From assembly GCA_951406725.2 (NCBI GenBank), contig OX597815.1, positions 166,160,001 through 166,224,000 on the forward strand: a stretch of 64,000 bases of DNA, given 5' to 3'. The notes under the pieces are model-generated. The model searched no databases. It saw only the letters and a program-made list of their open reading frames with translations, and was not told where the DNA came from. The translations under genes and the position numbers were made by a program. Of this stretch, positions 59,723 to 64,000 are shown piece after piece (positions within the stretch are counted from its first letter, which is position 1; each line of letters opens with the position of its first letter). This DNA comes from Octopus vulgaris (Eukaryota).

Positions 59723-60152
59723 TAGGGCTGCGGGTTGGCAGAATGGTTAGCACGCTGGAGGAAAAGCTGGCAGAGACGTTAGCACGCCGGGCGAAATGCT
59801 TAGCGGAATTTCGTCTGTCGCTACGTTCTGAGTTCAAATTCCGCCGAGGTCGACTTTGCCTTTCATCCTTTCGGGGTCGATAAATTAAGTACCAGTTACG
59901 CACTGGGGTCGATATAATCGACTTAATCCGTTTGTCTGTCCTTGTTTGTCCCCTCTGTGTTTAGCCCCTTGTGGGTAGTAAAAGAAATAGGTATTTCGTC
60001 CGTCGCTACGTCTGACTTCAAATTCCGCCGTGGTCGACTTTGTCATTCAACCTTTCGGGGTCGATGAATTAAGAACCAGTGATACACTGGGTCGATGCAA
60101 TCGACTAGTCTCTTCCCACCAAACTTCAGGCCTTGTGCCTTTAGTAGAAAGG
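59723..60152 (+). mobile_element. SINE family D nested in an older family D copy
   Basis: Older head, then a young copy (~59766-59990), then the older body resuming at GGTATTTCGTC with a different tail. Confidence 0.8.
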
Positions 60153-60267
60153 CTTATAGGGCTGATTGATCATAGTTGACCTGGAACAGAGCAACTAGGA
60201 CAACAACATATAAAAACTTTCATGAGCCAGTAAAACAACTTTTACGTGATATCTTGTGCTAACACAG

Positions 60268-60820
60268 TTCTATATTTAAGAGATGAGGAATTATGTGCAT
60301 TATTTACATTTGACGGATATTTGTCCTCTTCTTGTTTGTTGTTAACACAACGTGTCGGTTGATATACCCTCCGGCCTTCATCAGGTATCTTGGGGGAAAT
60401 TCTCATTCCTAAGGTACTTTTCGATGTTGTTATTATTATTATTAATAGTGATTGTTCAGAATCGAACTCGGAATATTGGGGTTAGTAGCCCGCGCTCTTA
60501 AGCACCACGCCATATGCCCGTTGGCAATTATGGAGTTAATTTTAGGGCTTATAAAATCTAGTACGGCGTAGTGGTTAAGAATACGGGCTACTAACCCCAA
60601 GATTCCGAGTTCGATTCTAGGCAGTGACTTGAATAATAATAATAACAACAACAACAACAACAACAACAACATCGAAAAATAGCTTAGGAATGAGAACCCA
60701 GGTTCGAAATTTCCCCAAGACACCTGATGAAAGCTGGAGGGTATATAAGCCGACACGTTGTGTTAATAACAAACAAGATGAGGACAAATATCTGTCAAAT
60801 GTAAACAATGTAAATAATCT
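60268..60820. mobile_element. Head-to-head inverted pair of the tRNA-head + hammerhead PLE 3' end
   Basis: Minus copy 60268-60561 (HHR 60344-60389) and plus copy 60562-60820 (HHR 60719-60764); homologous to 42905-43260. Confidence 0.82.
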
Positions 60821-61385
60821 TCTGCTGAGATTAAAACGGTCGTTTGAGCATTGAAACCCATTGCTTTGCGATAATGGTTTCGCAAACAAGGTGTTCGTTG
60901 CTTTGCGATAATGGTTTCGGCTCTCCGCATCTGAGCTCAAATAACTCCAATGTCATCTTTAACTTTTACCATTTCGGAATCGATGAACTAGAGCACCATT
61001 AAAATACTGGGGTCGATATAATTGACTTGCCCCATCCTTTTAAAATTGTTGGCATTATGCCAAAATCTCCAAGAATTTATAAAGTGGTCGAAGGGCAAAA
61101 TATTTAAATAATATTGGGTGGGAGATGGGGCTGGTAGTTTTGTATTTGAGAAGCATTACTCAAACGGTTATATTTTATCTTTTACTAGTTTCAGGCATTG
61201 GACTGTGGCCATACTGGGGCAACCCCTTGAAAAATATTAATCCAAAAATTCACTCTCCCCCCAGTACTTATTTTTTAAAGCTTTTTTAAAGTCTGTTTTG
61301 TAGAAGCGCTAAGTTACAGTAACGTAAACAAACCATCGTCAGTTTTGAAGCAGCGCTGGGGGATAGATACGGACGCATGCACACA

Positions 61386-61449
<64 letters not shown>

Positions 61450-61930
61450 TACGGAAAGAGAGAGACAGAGAAAGAAGGGGTGGGCAGACTTCATTTAGAT
61501 TCTGTCTAGCAAATCCACAGGCAAACACTTAATCGGCCCGAGCTACCTACAGTAGAAGACACTTGTCGAAAATGCCTCGTAATGAGACTGATCTCGGAAC
61601 GATGTAGTTGAGAAACAAACTTTCTTGCCACACGGCCAGTTGTAGATGAAAAGAAACAATTAAGAAAGATAACTCCGATTAGATCAAATGAATGAAATTT
61701 TCGGACTATCCAAATTGTTGTTTCAAAGGCAATGACCAACCACGTTGTCTGTTTGCAGGCTGAAACGAATAAAAACTGAGTAAGAGAGCAATGTAGACGA
61801 TATAGACTGGAGCGAATTTTACCATAAATACATAAATATATACAAACATAGAAACACGGTCACATATTTACACAAAAATACGCGAACACACACATACAAA
61901 CGCACACAGCTTACAACCACACACAAGCAA

Positions 61931-62004
<74 letters not shown>

Positions 62005-62301
62005 GGGTGCGAATATAAACAAACATGAGTTTATAGAACACCACACACACACACAAGTGAAAGAAGTAACCTATTTACTTGAAATAGCAACTAAACCGGC
62101 CTGAAACATACTGTATTAAAATAAGAAAAGGAAGGATACGTTCGAAAATGTATTCATACATAAACAAAAGCTGATAAAAATATTAATAGATAAATAAATA
62201 AATTAAAGGGGTGGCCACGCTGGAAGGTCTTTCATCATAGCTTTGTTTGATCAGGGCTGACCTAGAGCTAAACAGTAGCTATAGCAGAAACGCACACATG
62301 T

Positions 62302-62349
<48 letters not shown>

Positions 62350-62498
62350 TCATACTTAAATGTATATGTGTGTACATGTACATATGTGTGTGTACATGTA
62401 TACATATATACCTATAGGACCTGCATGTGTATGCGTATTTGCAATATATATATATATATATTTATACACACACACAAACACATATATGTACACATATG

Positions 62499-62561
<63 letters not shown>

Positions 62562-62859
62562 GTGTACATATATATATACATATATATGTGTGTGAGTGTA
62601 TATATATATATGGATATATAAACATATATATATATAAATATACATGTGTGTATATATTTGCATGTGTGTACGTGTGTGTATGTGAACGTGGTTGTATGCG
62701 TGTATGTGCGTGTGTGCGTGTGTTTGTGCGTGTGTGTGTGTGTGTGAATGTGTGTGTGTGTGTGTGAGTGTGTGTGCGTGCGTGTGTGTGTGTGAGTACT
62801 AACAGCAAAAGAAACAAAAGACAAATAAATAAACGAACAAGTAACAACCAGAAGAAGAA

Positions 62860-63172
62860 TCATCGGCAACGACGTCGATGACGACGACTATGGTGATGAC
62901 GATGACGATGACGATGACGATGATGATGACAATGATGATGACGATGACGATGATGAGGAGAAGTAGGTGGTGGGGTGGTGGGAGAGAGGAGGAGTTGGAG
63001 GGCGACGTAGACGATGAGGTCGACCACCAACGCTAACACAACGACGATGACGATTTTGACGTCAAGCGATTTCCCACGAGAAAATAGTCATTCTCGTTGT
63101 ACTTGGTCCGCCGCTGGCTGCTACTACTACGACTACTGCTGCTGCTGCTGCTGCTGCCGCTACTGCAATTGT

Positions 63173-63217
<45 letters not shown>

Positions 63218-63333
63218 CGCCGCCGCTGCCGTCACTGCCATTGCTTCTGCTACTGTTTTTTTGCTACTTCTGTCCTTATTGCTGATATTACAACATTACT
63301 AACCACTGCTGCTGACGGTGAAGGTGGTGATGG

Positions 63334-63372
<39 letters not shown>

Positions 63373-63373
63373 A

Positions 63374-63437
<64 letters not shown>

Positions 63438-63518
63438 GAACTACTACTACTACTACAACTACTGCTACTACTACAACTACTACTACTACTACTACTGATA
63501 CTACTACTACTACTATTG

Positions 63519-63561
<43 letters not shown>

Positions 63562-63650
63562 CACCACCACCGCCACCACCACCACCACTACTACTACTAC
63601 TGCTGCTGTTGCTGTTGCTGCTACCAGTGCTGTCGGTGGTGGTGCTTTTT
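62860..63650. repeat. (GAT)n, (ACT)n, (GCT)n, (ACC)n trinucleotide field
   Basis: Direct inspection; source of the poly-T/poly-L ORFs. Confidence 0.95.
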
Positions 63651-63883
63651 GCCTCTTGGTACCAAGTTGCGTAGTGGCGATGCTGCTTGCTACCAAGTGT
63701 TTATTACGGGCGAACTCTTACCTCATCTCGACTCACCTACCGAGCCGCCGGCCTACCATAACCTCCCTGACCAACAGCAAACTATCTTGAGCAAGTTTGA
63801 GCAAAGTGCTACCAACAACCAGAACAAACTTCTGTCACGCCGTGTATATAGATATGATATAATATATATATGTGTGTGTGTGT

Positions 63884-63921
<38 letters not shown>

Positions 63922-64000
63922 GTGTGTGTGTGTGTGAGTGTGTGTTTGTGTGTGTCTATACGCGCACGCATATACATATGAACGGGCATATATTCTTTTC

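Noticed and set aside
63014-63790. 258-aa ORF with poly-Thr (mucin-like)
   Set aside because: Open because of (ACT)n/(GCT)n repeats; overlapping frames on both strands are also open.

Overview
Eukaryotic, repeat-saturated non-coding DNA. The SINE families and (TA)n/(CA)n/(TATG)n/(AAT)n microsatellites look like a cephalopod (Octopus-like) genome; this is an inference. I found no host protein-coding exon I can support, and nearly all ORFs in the track are microsatellite translation artefacts. Supported features: one intact tRNA-Arg(TCG) gene, a decayed mariner, an R4/Dong-type LINE 3' fragment in (AAT)n, two Penelope-like element (PLE) GIY-YIG fragments, four non-autonomous Helitrons, hAT/piggyBac/TA-TSD MITEs and four tRNA-SINE families. 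The hidden theme is a dense set (about 15) of hammerhead ribozyme (HHR) motifs in short elements that mostly sit in (TA)n tracts. The best candidate for something new is a repeat (28777-28922, 45411-45552, partial 26570-26690). It carries a complete hammerhead core whose strands are in a non-circularly permuted, doubly pseudoknotted order, with compensatory base changes between copies. Also notable: a PLE 3' end carrying a tRNA-like Pol III head plus a hammerhead, and a ~637-nt retrozyme-like tandem/inverted array. All structures were folded by eye and none has been computed or tested.
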